Positions 29,518 to 40,580 are shown, numbered from the stretch's first letter. The stretch is DNA of 64,000 nt from Acidilobaceae archaeon (GCA_038824665.1 JAWBBK010000001.1:288001-352000), one strand, 5' to 3'. Notes: a model not told the origin generated them from the sequence alone. Made by a program: numbers and translations.

Positions 29518-30888
29518 TTGGAGGATCTAAAATTCTCTTGTGTTTTCGAGTGGAGATATGGCTCTCAAGATATGAGAGAACTCTTTACGTCGGAATCCAT
29601 GATCAAACGGTTCTTACAAGTAGAAGTGGCTCTCTTAGCTGGGCTTGAAGAAGCTGGACTCGCTGATCGAGGTTGTTCAGAGAACATAGCTAAGTGTGTT
29701 GAATCCATCACGGCTAAAGAGGTCTACGAACTCGAAACCGTAACGGGACACGATATAGCGTCGCTAGCTCAAATAGCTGGAGAAAGATGTGGTCCTTGTG
29801 GGAGGTTCTTTCACTTAGGAGCTACAAGTTACGATATTGTAGATACAGCCTGGACCTTAATCTTTAGAGATGCTCTAAGTATAGTCAAAAAGAGGCTGAT
29901 AGAGATCATTGATGTTCTCTCAGATCTAGCTTTAAGAGAAGCAGACACAATTATGGTTGGGAGAACTCACGGTCAACATGCTCTTCCGATAACTCTTGGG
30001 TTCAAACTCGCTAATTACGTCTACGAGCTTTCGAGAAGTCTAGAAAGGATAGCGGATGTTGAAAAAAGAGTGATTAAGTGCAAGATCTCAGGAGCTGTAG
30101 GCACTATGGCAGCGTGGAGAGATAAGGGTTTAGTTGTCGAAAAGACGACTTGTTCGAAGCTAGGTCTAGAGCCTCACACTATATCAACTCAAGTCGCGCC
30201 TCGCGATGGTTTTGCTGAACTCGTCTCAGCTTTAGCTATTTTGGCTAGTCAGCTCGACAGATTCGCGCTCGAAATTAGAGAGCTGTCAAGAACAGAGATC
30301 GGAGAACTCGCAGAAGGAGGAGAAAGAGTCGGTAGTAGCACTATGCCTCAGAAGAGAAATCCTGTAACGGCTGAGAGAGTCTCAGGGTTAGCTAAGATAG
30401 CTAGGTCTCTCTCTATAGCTGCTTTTGAGAACATACCTCTTATGCACGAGAGAGATCTAACGAACAGCAGTAGCGAGAGAGTTCTCTTACCTCATCTGTT
30501 TCTTATCATAGACCAAATGCTGTTAGACACGAAGAAGTTGCTCAAAACATTGGTAATAGACAGAGAGGCTATGGCTAAAAACCTAGAACTCACCAAGGGA
30601 GCAATTATGGCAGAGTCTGTAATGATGAAGCTTGTCGAGAAAGGAGTTCCGAGACATAAAGCTCACGCTATGGTGATGGAGGTCGTAAGAAAAAAGAAAG
30701 CTGATGAAAGCTTTGCCGAAGCCTTGTCTAAAGACTCTAGAATCTCGTCTCTGCTAACACACGAAGAGATAAGAGAAGCTTTAGATTATAGGTCCTACTT
30801 AGGGTCTTACAAACAGCTCATATTTAGAGCTCTAGAATACGCAAAGAAGGTAAAGGAGTCTAGTGTCGCTAGACCTTCAGAGTCCTGA
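29518..30888 (+). CDS. purB: Adenylosuccinate lyase
   Basis: [30 protein letters not shown]. Confidence 0.96.
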   Translation: MEDLKFSCVFEWRYGSQDMRELFTSESMIKRFLQVEVALLAGLEEAGLADRGCSENIAKCVESITAKEVYELETVTGHDIASLAQIAGERCGPCGRFFHLGATSYDIVDTAWTLIFRDALSIVKKRLIEIIDVLSDLALREADTIMVGRTHGQHALPITLGFKLANYVYELSRSLERIADVEKRVIKCKISGAVGTMAAWRDKGLVVEKTTCSKLGLEPHTISTQVAPRDGFAELVSALAILASQLDRFALEIRELSRTEIGELAEGGERVGSSTMPQKRNPVTAERVSGLAKIARSLSIAAFENIPLMHERDLTNSSSERVLLPHLFLIIDQMLLDTKKLLKTLVIDREAMAKNLELTKGAIMAESVMMKLVEKGVPRHKAHAMVMEVVRKKKADESFAEALSKDSRISSLLTHEEIREALDYRSYLGSYKQLIFRALEYAKKVKESSVARPSES

Positions 30889-31204
30889 AGAAACAAGATC
30901 TGTTTCCGGTATGACAAGCAGGACCGCTGGCTTCTACTAAGTAGAGAAGAGAGTCTCCATCACAGTCTACTCGTATTTCAACCACTTTCATTACGTTTCC
31001 TGAAGTTTCTCCTTTCATCCACAGTCTGTTTCTACTTCTGCTCCAAAAATGCGCTAGTCCTGTAGCCATAGTTTTCTCGAGACTTTCGCGATTGGCATAG
31101 GCTAGCATTAAGACCTCTTTTGTTTTTACGTCTTGTACTATTACCGGTACTAGACCTCCTGTTTTGTTGAAGTCTATGAGTTCTATTGCGTTCTCTAAGC
31201 TCAC
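30869..31204 (-). CDS. hisI: Phosphoribosyl-AMP cyclohydrolase
   Basis: [28 protein letters not shown]; no fused HisE domain. Confidence 0.95.
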   Translation of the reverse strand: MSLENAIELIDFNKTGGLVPVIVQDVKTKEVLMLAYANRESLEKTMATGLAHFWSRSRNRLWMKGETSGNVMKVVEIRVDCDGDSLLYLVEASGPACHTGNRSCFFRTLKV

Positions 31205-31956
31205 TAAAGCCTCACCGGAATCCCGTGCTCTTTTAGATAGGCTTTTACTTCCTTTATCGTATAGACTCTGTAGTGGAAGATCGATGCTGCCAAAACGGCT
31301 GAAGCTCCAGCTCTCACAGCTTCAAGCATATCTAAAGGCGATCCTGCTCCTCCGCTAGCTACAACAGGAACGTCTACAGCTCTGCTCACGCTGGCTATGA
31401 GTTCTACATCATAGCCTGACCTAGTCCCATCGGTATCTATAGAGGTCAATAAGATCTCGCCAGCTCCTAAAGAGGCTCCTCTCACAGCCCACTCGACAGC
31501 GTCTAAAGTCGTTTCTGTTCTACCTCCTTCAATGAAGACTTTGTAACCTCTCTCAGTCCTTCTAGCGTCTATCGCAAGCACTACAGAGCTTGAGCCAAGT
31601 TCTCTCGCTAGTTCTTTTAAGAGTTCTGGGTTTCTAACAGCGGCAGTGTTTACTGCGATTTTCGAAGCGCCGGCTCTGAAAACCTCTAGAGCGTCTCTTA
31701 AGCTTTTGATCCCTCCGCCTGCAGTTATAGGAACTGATACCTCTGCTGAGATCTTAGAGACTAGCTCTTTCAGATAACTTCTCCCTTCTACGCTCGCTCC
31801 TATATCTAGCACAGCTATTTCGTCTGCTCCTTCTTTCTCGTAGATTTTCGCATATTCTACAGGGTTTCCTATGTTCGTGAGATCTACGAACTTAACTCCT
31901 TTAACCAAAACTCCTCTATAGGTGTCAAGACAAGGTATGACTCTTACGTACTTCAC
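31204..31956 (-). CDS. hisF: Imidazole glycerol phosphate synthase cyclase subunit
   Basis: [39 protein letters not shown]. Confidence 0.96.
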   Translation of the reverse strand: MKYVRVIPCLDTYRGVLVKGVKFVDLTNIGNPVEYAKIYEKEGADEIAVLDIGASVEGRSYLKELVSKISAEVSVPITAGGGIKSLRDALEVFRAGASKIAVNTAAVRNPELLKELARELGSSSVVLAIDARRTERGYKVFIEGGRTETTLDAVEWAVRGASLGAGEILLTSIDTDGTRSGYDVELIASVSRAVDVPVVASGGAGSPLDMLEAVRAGASAVLAASIFHYRVYTIKEVKAYLKEHGIPVRL

Positions 31957-32672
31957 GACCCTCCCACCTCCAAGAGTTCCTCTAAGGTAACTGTCCCTTC
32001 ATAAAAAGCTCTTCCAACAACAACGCCACGAAAGCCTTCACGAGCTAATAACCTCACATCATTAATCGAGCTAATCCCTCCAGCATAGATTATTGAGCCT
32101 CTATACTCTTGAGGGATCAAAACCAGAGTCTTTGCGTTAGGTCCTGAGAGCTTACCGTCTCTCTCCACGTCAGTTAACAAGAACAACCGAAAGCCGAGGT
32201 TCGAGTAGAAGTTAAGACCTTCAGTGACACTAAGAGATAGAGACTCTTTCCAACCGCTTATTGCAAGCCTTCCAGATCTCACGTCGAGAGCCAAGACCGC
32301 TCTGTCCCCTCCTGCAGATATCACTTCTTCTACTTTCATCATTCTCTTATGTACTCCTGTTCCTACAACAACTCTATCCGCTACGTCTAGAGCTTTCTTG
32401 AAGTCTTCGAAAGACCTGATCCCTCCAGCTATTGTAACGAAAGCTCCACAGGACTTCAGCTCTTTAGCCAGCTTGAGCGCGTTCTCACTGATCTTTCCAG
32501 TTTCGATAGTCGCTTCTAGGTCTACCAGATGTATTCTCTTAAGCCCTGAGTCCAATAACTTCAAGCCCATAGAGAGCGGGTCGTTAGAATAGACAATAAC
32601 GTTCTCAGGTTTTCCTTCTATCATTCTCACCACCTTGTTTTTATATACGTCTAAAGCTACATGCACCTCCAT
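31953..32672 (-). CDS. hisA: ProFAR isomerase
   Basis: HLVDL, GGIR, TDVERDG, YAGGI, VGRAFYEG. Confidence 0.92.
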   Translation of the reverse strand: MEVHVALDVYKNKVVRMIEGKPENVIVYSNDPLSMGLKLLDSGLKRIHLVDLEATIETGKISENALKLAKELKSCGAFVTIAGGIRSFEDFKKALDVADRVVVGTGVHKRMMKVEEVISAGGDRAVLALDVRSGRLAISGWKESLSLSVTEGLNFYSNLGFRLFLLTDVERDGKLSGPNAKTLVLIPQEYRGSIIYAGGISSINDVRLLAREGFRGVVVGRAFYEGTVTLEELLEVGGS

Positions 32673-33253
32673 CAGACTTCACCTTTAGTGCTCGGCACGA
32701 CTTCGCTCACTATACGCGAAGCCGACTTAAGGCTTAGACCTAAAGCTTTGAATGAAGCCTCCGCTACGTGATGTACGTCTTTTCCTCTTAGTTTCGCAAC
32801 GTGTAACGTAAATCTGCCCCAAAGAGCTATGCTTTTAAGCAAGTGTTCTATGAGTCCTCCATCAATCCCGTCTATCGAAGAGCCTCTGAGACCTAAACTT
32901 ATCGAAACGTAAGGTCTTCTTACCAAATCTAAAGACGCTAAGACCAAAGCTTCATCCATAGGGACAATGGCATGAGCGAATCTAGCTATCCCTATTCTGT
33001 TTCCTAAAGCTTTATCTAGAGCTTCACCTAAGGCTATTCCCAGGTCTTCTATTACGTGATGTTGTATATCTCCTGACGCTTCTACTTTAAGACCTAAGCT
33101 TCCGTGATGAGCCATAGCTTCTAATAGATGAGTCAACATAGGGTAAGGAGAAACTATGTTGTATCCTGGCTCGTCTAGATTCAACTCGACCACGATGTTC
33201 ACCTCTCTGGTTTTTCTCAAGACTCTGGCTTTACGAGGCTCTGAGTACATCAT
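32672..33253 (-). CDS. hisB: Imidazoleglycerol-phosphate dehydratase
   Basis: HHVIED, PMDEAL, HHVAEA.FKA. Confidence 0.95.
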   Translation of the reverse strand: MMYSEPRKARVLRKTREVNIVVELNLDEPGYNIVSPYPMLTHLLEAMAHHGSLGLKVEASGDIQHHVIEDLGIALGEALDKALGNRIGIARFAHAIVPMDEALVLASLDLVRRPYVSISLGLRGSSIDGIDGGLIEHLLKSIALWGRFTLHVAKLRGKDVHHVAEASFKALGLSLKSASRIVSEVVPSTKGEV

Positions 33254-34316
33254 AAAACACCTCCTTCACGAAACTCAGCAGACGTCTTGGAGGTACTGAG
33301 ACCCTCACGTAAGAATCGCCTTCTCTAAACAGGTTTTCGTAGACACGAACGCAGACGCCTCTTTTCCTTAGCTCTCGAGAGAGGGTTGAAGCTCGTATTT
33401 TTGTCTTAGCGAAGACGAAGTTGGTCTGTGTGTCGTAGACCTCGAGGTCGTTGAGTTCTCTGAGTTCTGACGCTAGAACGTGTCTTAGCTCTCTAGCTTC
33501 AGCAATATATTTCTCGAATTCGTGTATGTTCGAAAGAGCTAGTAGTCCAGCTCTCAAAGCTATAGAGTTTACCTGATAAGGAGTCCTCAGAACTCTCAAG
33601 AACTCAGCTATTTCTGAACGAGCTACAATATATCCTAGTCTCAGACCAGCTAGACCAAAAGCCTTAGAGAAAGTTCCAATAACTACAGTGTTTTCGTAGC
33701 TTCCAGCTAAGCTTTTAGCTCCTTCAGTAAACAGAAGATAGGTCTCATCGACTACGAACAGACCTCGCGAGGATTCGGCGACAGACTTCAAGATCTCAAG
33801 GTCTAGCAAATTGCCTGTTGGATTGTTCGGGTTACAGAAGAATACGATATCGGCTTTCGAGGACTTCTCGAGAGCGAGCTCTTTATCCACTCTAAAGTCG
33901 TTTTCGTTCATTTTGATGATATCGACTTCACATCCTTTAGCTTTGCTGAGCAGACTATACATGGGATAGCTAGGCTTGAGAGTCGCTACTAGAGGACGTG
34001 ACTCTTTAGAAAACAGTCTTACAGCATCTAGAAGCAGAGCTATAGCGTCGTCTGCTCCGTTCGTTATAACGACCATCTCAGGATCTACGGAGTATCTCTC
34101 AGCTATTTTTTCCATCAGCTCATTCTCAAGTTCAGGTAGAGGGTAAAGTCTGGCATCAGTTTCCATAGCGGCTTTAAAGACTATCTGGTCAACGAGGTCT
34201 CTAGGCACCAGTAGGTTTTCGTTTTTATCTAAAACTACGAGACAACCTTCTGTTTGAGCTTTATCGTATCTTAGTTCCTCTAAGAGCTGAGGGCTCAGCT
34301 TCTCTAAGATCTTCAG
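33231..34316 (-). CDS. hisC: Histidinol-phosphate aminotransferase (probable CTG start overlapping the hisD stop)
   Basis: LDKNEN (upstream of the track start), NGADD, NPNNPTG, DETY, TFSKAFGLAGLRLG; CTGA overlap at 34313-34316. Confidence 0.92.
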   Translation of the reverse strand: MKILEKLSPQLLEELRYDKAQTEGCLVVLDKNENLLVPRDLVDQIVFKAAMETDARLYPLPELENELMEKIAERYSVDPEMVVITNGADDAIALLLDAVRLFSKESRPLVATLKPSYPMYSLLSKAKGCEVDIIKMNENDFRVDKELALEKSSKADIVFFCNPNNPTGNLLDLEILKSVAESSRGLFVVDETYLLFTEGAKSLAGSYENTVVIGTFSKAFGLAGLRLGYIVARSEIAEFLRVLRTPYQVNSIALRAGLLALSNIHEFEKYIAEARELRHVLASELRELNDLEVYDTQTNFVFAKTKIRASTLSRELRKRGVCVRVYENLFREGDSYVRVSVPPRRLLSFVKEVFYDVLRAS

Positions 34317-35602
34317 TTCAACTCACCTACTATAGAGGACAAATGTAACTCAAATCCCTCTTCTTTCGCTAAAGGCTCTACTGCTTGAGCTATTCTCTTC
34401 AAAGCCCCACCGTTATCTAGAACTTTCACGCGTCTTCTGAGAGCCAAGAAGTCAAGTGCTGAAAGTCCTCCTCTCCATCGAGCCCATCCTGAAGTAGGCA
34501 GTATGTGGTTAGCTCCAGAGTAATAATCATTGATAGCTGTTGAAACACAACCTTCCACAAGGACTCCGTAGTTTTCAAACGCGTCTGCGAGTTCTAAGGA
34601 GTCACTGCAGACCTCGAGATGTTCTGGAGCTATGAGGTTTATCAGCTCAAAGGCTAGCTCTTTGTTTTTAGCGATAGCTAATTTAGGAGTGCTCAGCTTC
34701 TTTCCACTTGATCTTCTTAAAAACTCTTTATATGCGTCAGCAACCTTCTGGGCTATCTCCGCATCTGTAGTTATAAGAGCTACAGCTGAAGACTCTCCAT
34801 GCTCAGCTTGTGCTAAGAGGTGAAGAGCGATCTCGCGTTCAACACCTTTTTTGTCAACATAGACTACCAGCTCTGTTGGTCCTGCCAGCAAGTCTATACC
34901 TACATCGCGAGAGACCAAGATCTTAGCGGCTGTGTAATAAGGTCCTCCAGGTCCAGCTATCTTGGATACCTTTTCTACGCTTTCAGTCCCATAAGCTAAA
35001 GCGGCTACTCCATAAGCTCCTCCTAAAGCGTAAAGTCCATCAAAACCCGCTACCGCTAGAGAAGCCAGCAGACTTTTCCTTATGGATGCAGGAGGAGCAA
35101 ACGCTACTAGCTTCTTGACTCCAGCAGCCCTAGCAGCTACACCACACATGATGGCAGTCGATATGTATGGAGCAACAGCTCCAGGCACATAGCAGGCAAC
35201 GCTGTCTATCGGCTTAAGCTCTTCTATCACTATTACAGAACTATCTACAGCTATAGTCCAACGAGATCTTGAAAGAGCGGAAAGCGGTTCTTCTACTGCT
35301 TTGGCGCGCTCAGCTAGACCTTCAAGAGCTTCTAGAAGTCGTTTGTTTTCAGATCTTAAGGACTCACGAGCTTTTTCAAGCTTCTCTTTGCTTATATAGA
35401 TGTTTTCTCTGTCTAGTTCTACTTTATCCAGCTTTTTAGCATAGTCTATCAGAGCTTTGTCTCCTCGTTTTTTCACGTCGTAGACTATAGGCTTGACTAT
35501 CTCTATATATTTATCTATGTTCAGCTCTGAGCGAAAGAGTTTGACAAAAGCTTCTACGTCCTCTTTAGACGAGACTCTAAGTAGCTCCACGGGAGCTTTC
35601 AC
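34313..35602 (-). CDS. hisD: Histidinol dehydrogenase
   Basis: YVPG, GPG, AGPTE, AQAEH, APEHL, GANHILPT. Confidence 0.95.
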   Translation of the reverse strand: MKAPVELLRVSSKEDVEAFVKLFRSELNIDKYIEIVKPIVYDVKKRGDKALIDYAKKLDKVELDRENIYISKEKLEKARESLRSENKRLLEALEGLAERAKAVEEPLSALSRSRWTIAVDSSVIVIEELKPIDSVACYVPGAVAPYISTAIMCGVAARAAGVKKLVAFAPPASIRKSLLASLAVAGFDGLYALGGAYGVAALAYGTESVEKVSKIAGPGGPYYTAAKILVSRDVGIDLLAGPTELVVYVDKKGVEREIALHLLAQAEHGESSAVALITTDAEIAQKVADAYKEFLRRSSGKKLSTPKLAIAKNKELAFELINLIAPEHLEVCSDSLELADAFENYGVLVEGCVSTAINDYYSGANHILPTSGWARWRGGLSALDFLALRRRVKVLDNGGALKRIAQAVEPLAKEEGFELHLSSIVGELN

Positions 35603-36572
35603 CTAGTTCTTCTAGAGGGATCACGAGTTTAGGCTCATAGACTACAAGGCCTTGCGCTAAAGCTCTCAACAAAGGCATGAGCTTGATGAGGTCTTCCTTT
35701 CCTATCACAGTGTTTATTGCAACCCATTCCGGATCGGCTAGAGGGCTTATAGTTGGACTCTTTAAAGCAGGCAATGCTTTAAGCAACTTCTCTAAGTTAT
35801 CTTTCTTCACGTTCAGGAATACGTGATACTTCCCTTTAGCGTCTACAGCTCCCTTCATTATCGCTAAGAGGTCTAATATTCTCTCTCTTTTCTCTTTGTT
35901 TTTGAGACTCTCCTTATTAGCTATGAGCACAGCTTGAGACTCCATTACGACATCTATTATCTTTAAACCGTTGCTCTCTAGAGTAGTTCCTGTCTCAGAG
36001 ACGTCAATTATTGCGTCAGCTTCATCAGGAGGCTTAGCTTCAGTAGCGCCGAAAGATAAAATCACGCGAACCATATTGTTATCTCCCCATTTGCCCCAAG
36101 GGGTTACAATAAGAGGTCTCAAGGACCCATAGTATTTCTTATAGCTTTCTCTACTGGCTAGAAAGGTTGAAGAGACCACGAGATACTCTGACGATACTCT
36201 TAGAACTCTATTAGAACTTGCAAACTCTTCTATCAGTTCTTCAGCGTTCTCTATCTTCCACTCTTTAGGTATAGCTACGACCAGCTTAACTCTGCCTATA
36301 CCGAGTTCGAGGAGCTTCTCCACTTCGTTTTGAAGTCCGTGTTCGACGACCCAATCGATTCCAGTAATGCCTAAATCGTAAGATCCTTCGTAAACGTAAA
36401 GAGGTATCTCTTGAGGTCTTAAGATCTTAATGCAGATATCAGGATTACCTGCTAGAACCGGCTTATAGCTTCTCTCTCGACCTAGCAGTTGTAGCCCAGC
36501 TCTATCGAAGAACTCAAAGACAGACTTTTCAAGAGAGCCTTTCGGGATAGCAAGCTTAATACGACATGCAAT
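35577..36572 (-). CDS. hisG: ATP phosphoribosyltransferase, long form (no in-frame ATG/GTG/TTG at the true N-terminus; ATT candidate)
   Basis: The frame stays open 83 codons upstream of the track start and encodes KLAIPKGSL, LRPQEIP, DLGITGID; later GATEAK, D..ETGTTL, PTISPL. Confidence 0.92.
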   Translation of the reverse strand: MACRIKLAIPKGSLEKSVFEFFDRAGLQLLGRERSYKPVLAGNPDICIKILRPQEIPLYVYEGSYDLGITGIDWVVEHGLQNEVEKLLELGIGRVKLVVAIPKEWKIENAEELIEEFASSNRVLRVSSEYLVVSSTFLASRESYKKYYGSLRPLIVTPWGKWGDNNMVRVILSFGATEAKPPDEADAIIDVSETGTTLESNGLKIIDVVMESQAVLIANKESLKNKEKRERILDLLAIMKGAVDAKGKYHVFLNVKKDNLEKLLKALPALKSPTISPLADPEWVAINTVIGKEDLIKLMPLLRALAQGLVVYEPKLVIPLEELGESSRGAT

Positions 36573-36735
36573 AACTGATCACCTCCACACTTAGAGAGGA
36601 GAACGGCCCTCTAACGACCGAAGTCCTCTCAGAACTCTCGCTAGATTTTATTCCGAGAACTGGGTTGAGATCTGTCTTAGTGAATACACATCATCTCAAC
36701 CGACCCACTCTAAACCCTCTCGAAGCTTATATATC
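36573..36735 (-). promoter_or_regulatory. his operon promoter and structured 5' leader with uORFs
   Basis: TATATAAG at ~36726-36733, three inverted repeats, uORFs MGRLR* and MMCIH*, SD GGAGGTGA at 36579-36586. Confidence 0.6.
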
Positions 36736-36745
36736 TTTCTCTTGA

Positions 36746-37393
36746 TTAGCTCTTAACGATACTCAAAACTTCTAATACCTTCAATAGCTCGTCGTACTTC
36801 ATCTGTCCTGGAGCGGTAGGCTCATCTACGTACGAGTATATTAGTTTAGAGCCTAGAAGACCGAAAGCTAGTCTTTCCCAGGGGCTAGACCCTATCGGCA
36901 TAACGGCTACGTTGTCATAACCTAAGTCTAAAACCTGAGAGAGCAGACTCTTATAACCTGGCGCAGTTACAACAGCTATCTTCACACAAAAAGCGGAGCT
37001 AGCATATCTCTCGACTGTGCTCAAAACCTCTCTTGCGGTTGGAACTCTGTCTAGATAATGAGCTGACACTATTTTCTCTTCATAAACTACGTTGTGAGAT
37101 TTGAGGAACGATACCTCTACATCGTACATGATCCCCAAGTCATGAAGTCTGTTGAGATATGCAGTCTTTACTTCTGGGCTTAGAGGGTTTACTCCTCCTT
37201 CAGCTACATCTCTTAAAGTCGCTATGATCGGTCTCTTTACAAGCGCTAGAACTTCTGGAGGAATGCTTTCTAGATCCTTCATATAGTCAAGTCTCAGCTC
37301 TACGTAGTCAGGTCCTTTAACGCTTTCTACCTTCACTACGTCTGCGTAAGATCTGACAGGCTTAGAAGCTACGACCAAAGGTCTTCTACTCAA
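36746..37393 (-). CDS. aroD: 3-dehydroquinate dehydratase type I
   Basis: VELRLD, TLR...EGG, SAH, VKIA, TAPGQ. Confidence 0.9.
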   Translation of the reverse strand: MSRRPLVVASKPVRSYADVVKVESVKGPDYVELRLDYMKDLESIPPEVLALVKRPIIATLRDVAEGGVNPLSPEVKTAYLNRLHDLGIMYDVEVSFLKSHNVVYEEKIVSAHYLDRVPTAREVLSTVERYASSAFCVKIAVVTAPGYKSLLSQVLDLGYDNVAVMPIGSSPWERLAFGLLGSKLIYSYVDEPTAPGQMKYDELLKVLEVLSIVKS

Positions 37394-38639
37394 TTCTTAT
37401 CCTGCCTCCGACTTTAGTGAGGTCTTCCCAGAACGCAGGGTTGCTCTTGTTAACGCACTCAGCTTCTTCTATAACGCCTCCTACTTTTAGAGCTAAAACA
37501 GTAGCCATCATAGCTACTCTATGGTCTCCTAAACTATTGACTGAGACTTGAGATCTTAGCCTGTTTTTCGAACCACATATAGTGAGAGAGTTGTTTGAGT
37601 AAACTACGTCTATACCGAAAGAGCCGAGCGTATCTACAATAGCCTCTATTCTGTCGCTTTCTTTTATCCTCAATCTGGAGACGCCGCTAAGTTTGCTACA
37701 ACCTTCAGCTAGAGCCGTTAAGGGGGCTACAGCAAGAGGGAGGTCTGGGAAGTCTTCAAAATCAACCTCTATAGGCGAGTATGGTTCTCTCGCTTCTACG
37801 CGCCAGACGCCATCTATATATTCGCTAACTGCTCCTATTCTTCGATAGATTTCTACGATCGAGTGGTCTCCAGGATAGTCTCTCGGCTGAGGTAGGTCCG
37901 ATATGGTCAAGCTTCCTCCTGTAGCTAAAGCAGAGGCTGCATAGAACGAAGCTAAAGCATGATCTCCCCATACTCTTTCAACAACGGTTTTGGGTGCTGA
38001 TTCTCGGACCACTCGGATCTCGGTCTCATTTATTGACGTTGAACAACCGTAAAGCTTCAGGACCTCAGCTGTCATGTATATGTAACTCTTAGAGACTAAA
38101 GGTGGAACTATAGAGATCTTCCCTTCTCCTTGAAGACAAAAAGCCAACATGAAGCCAGATACGTACTGACTGCTTTCAGAGCCTCTTATTTCGATATAAG
38201 CATCAGGAAGCTTTCCTGAGATCTTCAGAGGGAGTCTAGAACTCGTCATTTGAACTCCTCTAACCTTAAGAGCTTCATATATGGCGTTTAGCGGTCTTCT
38301 TCTTAAAGTCTCATCTCCATCAAGTTCGAACTCTATTCCGAGAGTCGCAGCTAACGCTATTGCAAATCTCAAAACCGTAGCTGAACCTCCAGCGTTCAGA
38401 GAAGTTCTTTCAGGTCTTCTTTCTCGAGGTATAAGTCTGACTCTGTCTCCAGCTATCTCAACAACTGTTCCTAAGGCTTTAGCAGCTCTCAAGGCAGCCT
38501 GTACATCATCGGATAACGGAAGATCGTAGATCTCCGTAGGCGCTATAAGCGATGACATGATGAGCCTTATGGCATGACTTTTAGATCTAGGAGCTCTTAT
38601 CGAACCCTTTATTGTTGAAGGTTCTATAACCACTCTCAT
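37386..38639 (-). CDS. aroA: EPSP synthase
   Basis: PRSKSH..R, SSQYVSG, LRIKESDRI, DHRVAM. Confidence 0.95.
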   Translation of the reverse strand: MRVVIEPSTIKGSIRAPRSKSHAIRLIMSSLIAPTEIYDLPLSDDVQAALRAAKALGTVVEIAGDRVRLIPRERRPERTSLNAGGSATVLRFAIALAATLGIEFELDGDETLRRRPLNAIYEALKVRGVQMTSSRLPLKISGKLPDAYIEIRGSESSQYVSGFMLAFCLQGEGKISIVPPLVSKSYIYMTAEVLKLYGCSTSINETEIRVVRESAPKTVVERVWGDHALASFYAASALATGGSLTISDLPQPRDYPGDHSIVEIYRRIGAVSEYIDGVWRVEAREPYSPIEVDFEDFPDLPLAVAPLTALAEGCSKLSGVSRLRIKESDRIEAIVDTLGSFGIDVVYSNNSLTICGSKNRLRSQVSVNSLGDHRVAMMATVLALKVGGVIEEAECVNKSNPAFWEDLTKVGGRIRIE

Positions 38640-38643
38640 ATCT

Positions 38644-39432
38644 CTAAAGCCTCTGTACTTTAGCTGGACGAGAGACTATGATTTTACCTGTGTCTAGAGA
38701 GACGAAGTAATCGATCAGCGGACCTTCTTCTCCTTCTTTAGCTACTGCAAACATCGAAGGTCCGTTGCCTGAGATCCCAGCAGCTATTGCTCCTAGAGTC
38801 AGAACTCTTCTAATAGGCTCAACGTCGTAGCCTAGGAGTTTGGCTATAGTCATACCGTTAAGCAACATAGCTTTAAACACATCTCCTCTCAAGGCTATTG
38901 AGAACGCTTCTTCGAATAACCATGGATTGCTTCTGAGCGCGTTTACATCGATCGGCTTTCTGTTTCCTGAAGCCAACACGACCACAACTATGTCTTCAGG
39001 AGGCTCTCTTATAGTCAATACTTTCTTCTCTAAGTTGTTAGTAAACGAAATACCTCCGTGATATGCTGCAACAGCATCATCAAACGCTCCAGTTATGGAG
39101 ACTCCTGAGGCTCGTGAGAGTTCTGCTGAGAGAAGAGGCGAATACACGTTTTCTATCTTAAATCTCTTCTTAATGGCTTCTATCAACGCAACTGAGACAG
39201 CACTACTGCTTTTAAGCCCACCGCCAGAGGGTATAGGAGAGTTGACCAAGACTCCAACTTCTGGGATCCCATACGCTTTCATAAAATGTTCCACTATATA
39301 TCGTGTTAACGTAGAGTGTGAGCTTACGTCCTTAGGAACGAGGTCTACAGTTATTTTAACGTCTATAGCCATAGTCGATCCTAATCCAGAAGGGATAGCG
39401 TTGACTACAGAGACTCCCGCGAAGGCCCACAA
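38644..39432 (-). CDS. aroK: Archaeal (GHMP) shikimate kinase
   Basis: [28 protein letters not shown]. Confidence 0.93.
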   Translation of the reverse strand: MWAFAGVSVVNAIPSGLGSTMAIDVKITVDLVPKDVSSHSTLTRYIVEHFMKAYGIPEVGVLVNSPIPSGGGLKSSSAVSVALIEAIKKRFKIENVYSPLLSAELSRASGVSITGAFDDAVAAYHGGISFTNNLEKKVLTIREPPEDIVVVVLASGNRKPIDVNALRSNPWLFEEAFSIALRGDVFKAMLLNGMTIAKLLGYDVEPIRRVLTLGAIAAGISGNGPSMFAVAKEGEEGPLIDYFVSLDTGKIIVSRPAKVQRL

Positions 39433-40580
39433 GCTTCTCTATACCTCTTCCAGTTCTCTTCTAATGTTTCGACCTCTTTCGCTGTAAGTCTCGTTGAGCT
39501 TATGACTCCAGCTCTAAGAGCATGATCTACTAGAACTAAAGCTACCATTGCTTCTGCTACCGCGACTCCTCTGATAGCTATTACAGGATCATGTCTTCCT
39601 CCTATTATTAGTTCTGTCTTCTCCATGGTCCTCAGGTCTACGGTCTTCAAAGGTCTTCCTATAGAGCTGGTGGGTTTGAAAGCACATCTGACTACTATAT
39701 CTTCTCCTGTCGTTAATCCTCCAAGTATGCCTCCGCTAAAGTTATACTTCCATCCAAGCTTTTTGTTATCTTTAAGCACTATCTCATCAACTACTTGACT
39801 TCCTCTCATCTTAGAGGCTTTGAAGCCGAGACCGTACTCAAAGCCTACGACTCCAGGTATTGACATCAACGCTTTAGCTAAGTCAGCTTTGATCTTGTCA
39901 AACACAGGCTCACCTAAGCCTGGCGGAGGGTTTTTGACGTATACTTCTACAACGCCTCCCAGACTGTCGCCATCTCTCATTACTTCTTCTATAGCTTTTA
40001 TGAAGAGCTCCTCTACATCACCTCTACAGGCTCTAACAGGACTTCTTCTCGAACAGAGAACTTCTTCAAAAGAAGGCTCAAAACTGACCTCGTAAGGACC
40101 TAGAGCTCTGAGATGTCCAGCTACGAAGGTCGAGATAGCGGCTAATAGCTTCTTAGCTATAGCTCCAGCAGCTACTCGAGCTACGGTCTCTCTACCGCTG
40201 GCTCTCCCGCCACCTCTGTAATCCCAGTTCTCCCAACCGTACTTCATAATGTAAGAAAGATCAGCGTGACCTGGTCTTGGCTTGAACTTAATTTCTTCAT
40301 ATGCTTTAGAATCGACATCAATGTTTGCGATTACTATAGCTATAGGAGCTCCTGTAGTTCTCCCATTGAACACTCCTGAGATTATCTGCGGTTTGTCTTC
40401 CTCTCGCCTAGGCGATGTATACAGGCTTCCAGGTCTTCTTAACGAAAGTTCGAACTCTATATCTTCTTCACTTATAGGAAGACCTGCTGGAACGCCATCT
40501 ATAACTACTCCTACCGCTCTTCCGTGACTTTCTCCAAAGGTCGTTATTTTAAACACTCTCCCGAAAGTATTTCCTGGCAT
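39405..40580 (-). CDS. aroC: Chorismate synthase
   Basis: [43 protein letters not shown]; start at ATG 40580. Confidence 0.96.
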   Translation of the reverse strand: MPGNTFGRVFKITTFGESHGRAVGVVIDGVPAGLPISEEDIEFELSLRRPGSLYTSPRREEDKPQIISGVFNGRTTGAPIAIVIANIDVDSKAYEEIKFKPRPGHADLSYIMKYGWENWDYRGGGRASGRETVARVAAGAIAKKLLAAISTFVAGHLRALGPYEVSFEPSFEEVLCSRRSPVRACRGDVEELFIKAIEEVMRDGDSLGGVVEVYVKNPPPGLGEPVFDKIKADLAKALMSIPGVVGFEYGLGFKASKMRGSQVVDEIVLKDNKKLGWKYNFSGGILGGLTTGEDIVVRCAFKPTSSIGRPLKTVDLRTMEKTELIIGGRHDPVIAIRGVAVAEAMVALVLVDHALRAGVISSTRLTAKEVETLEENWKRYREACGPSRESL

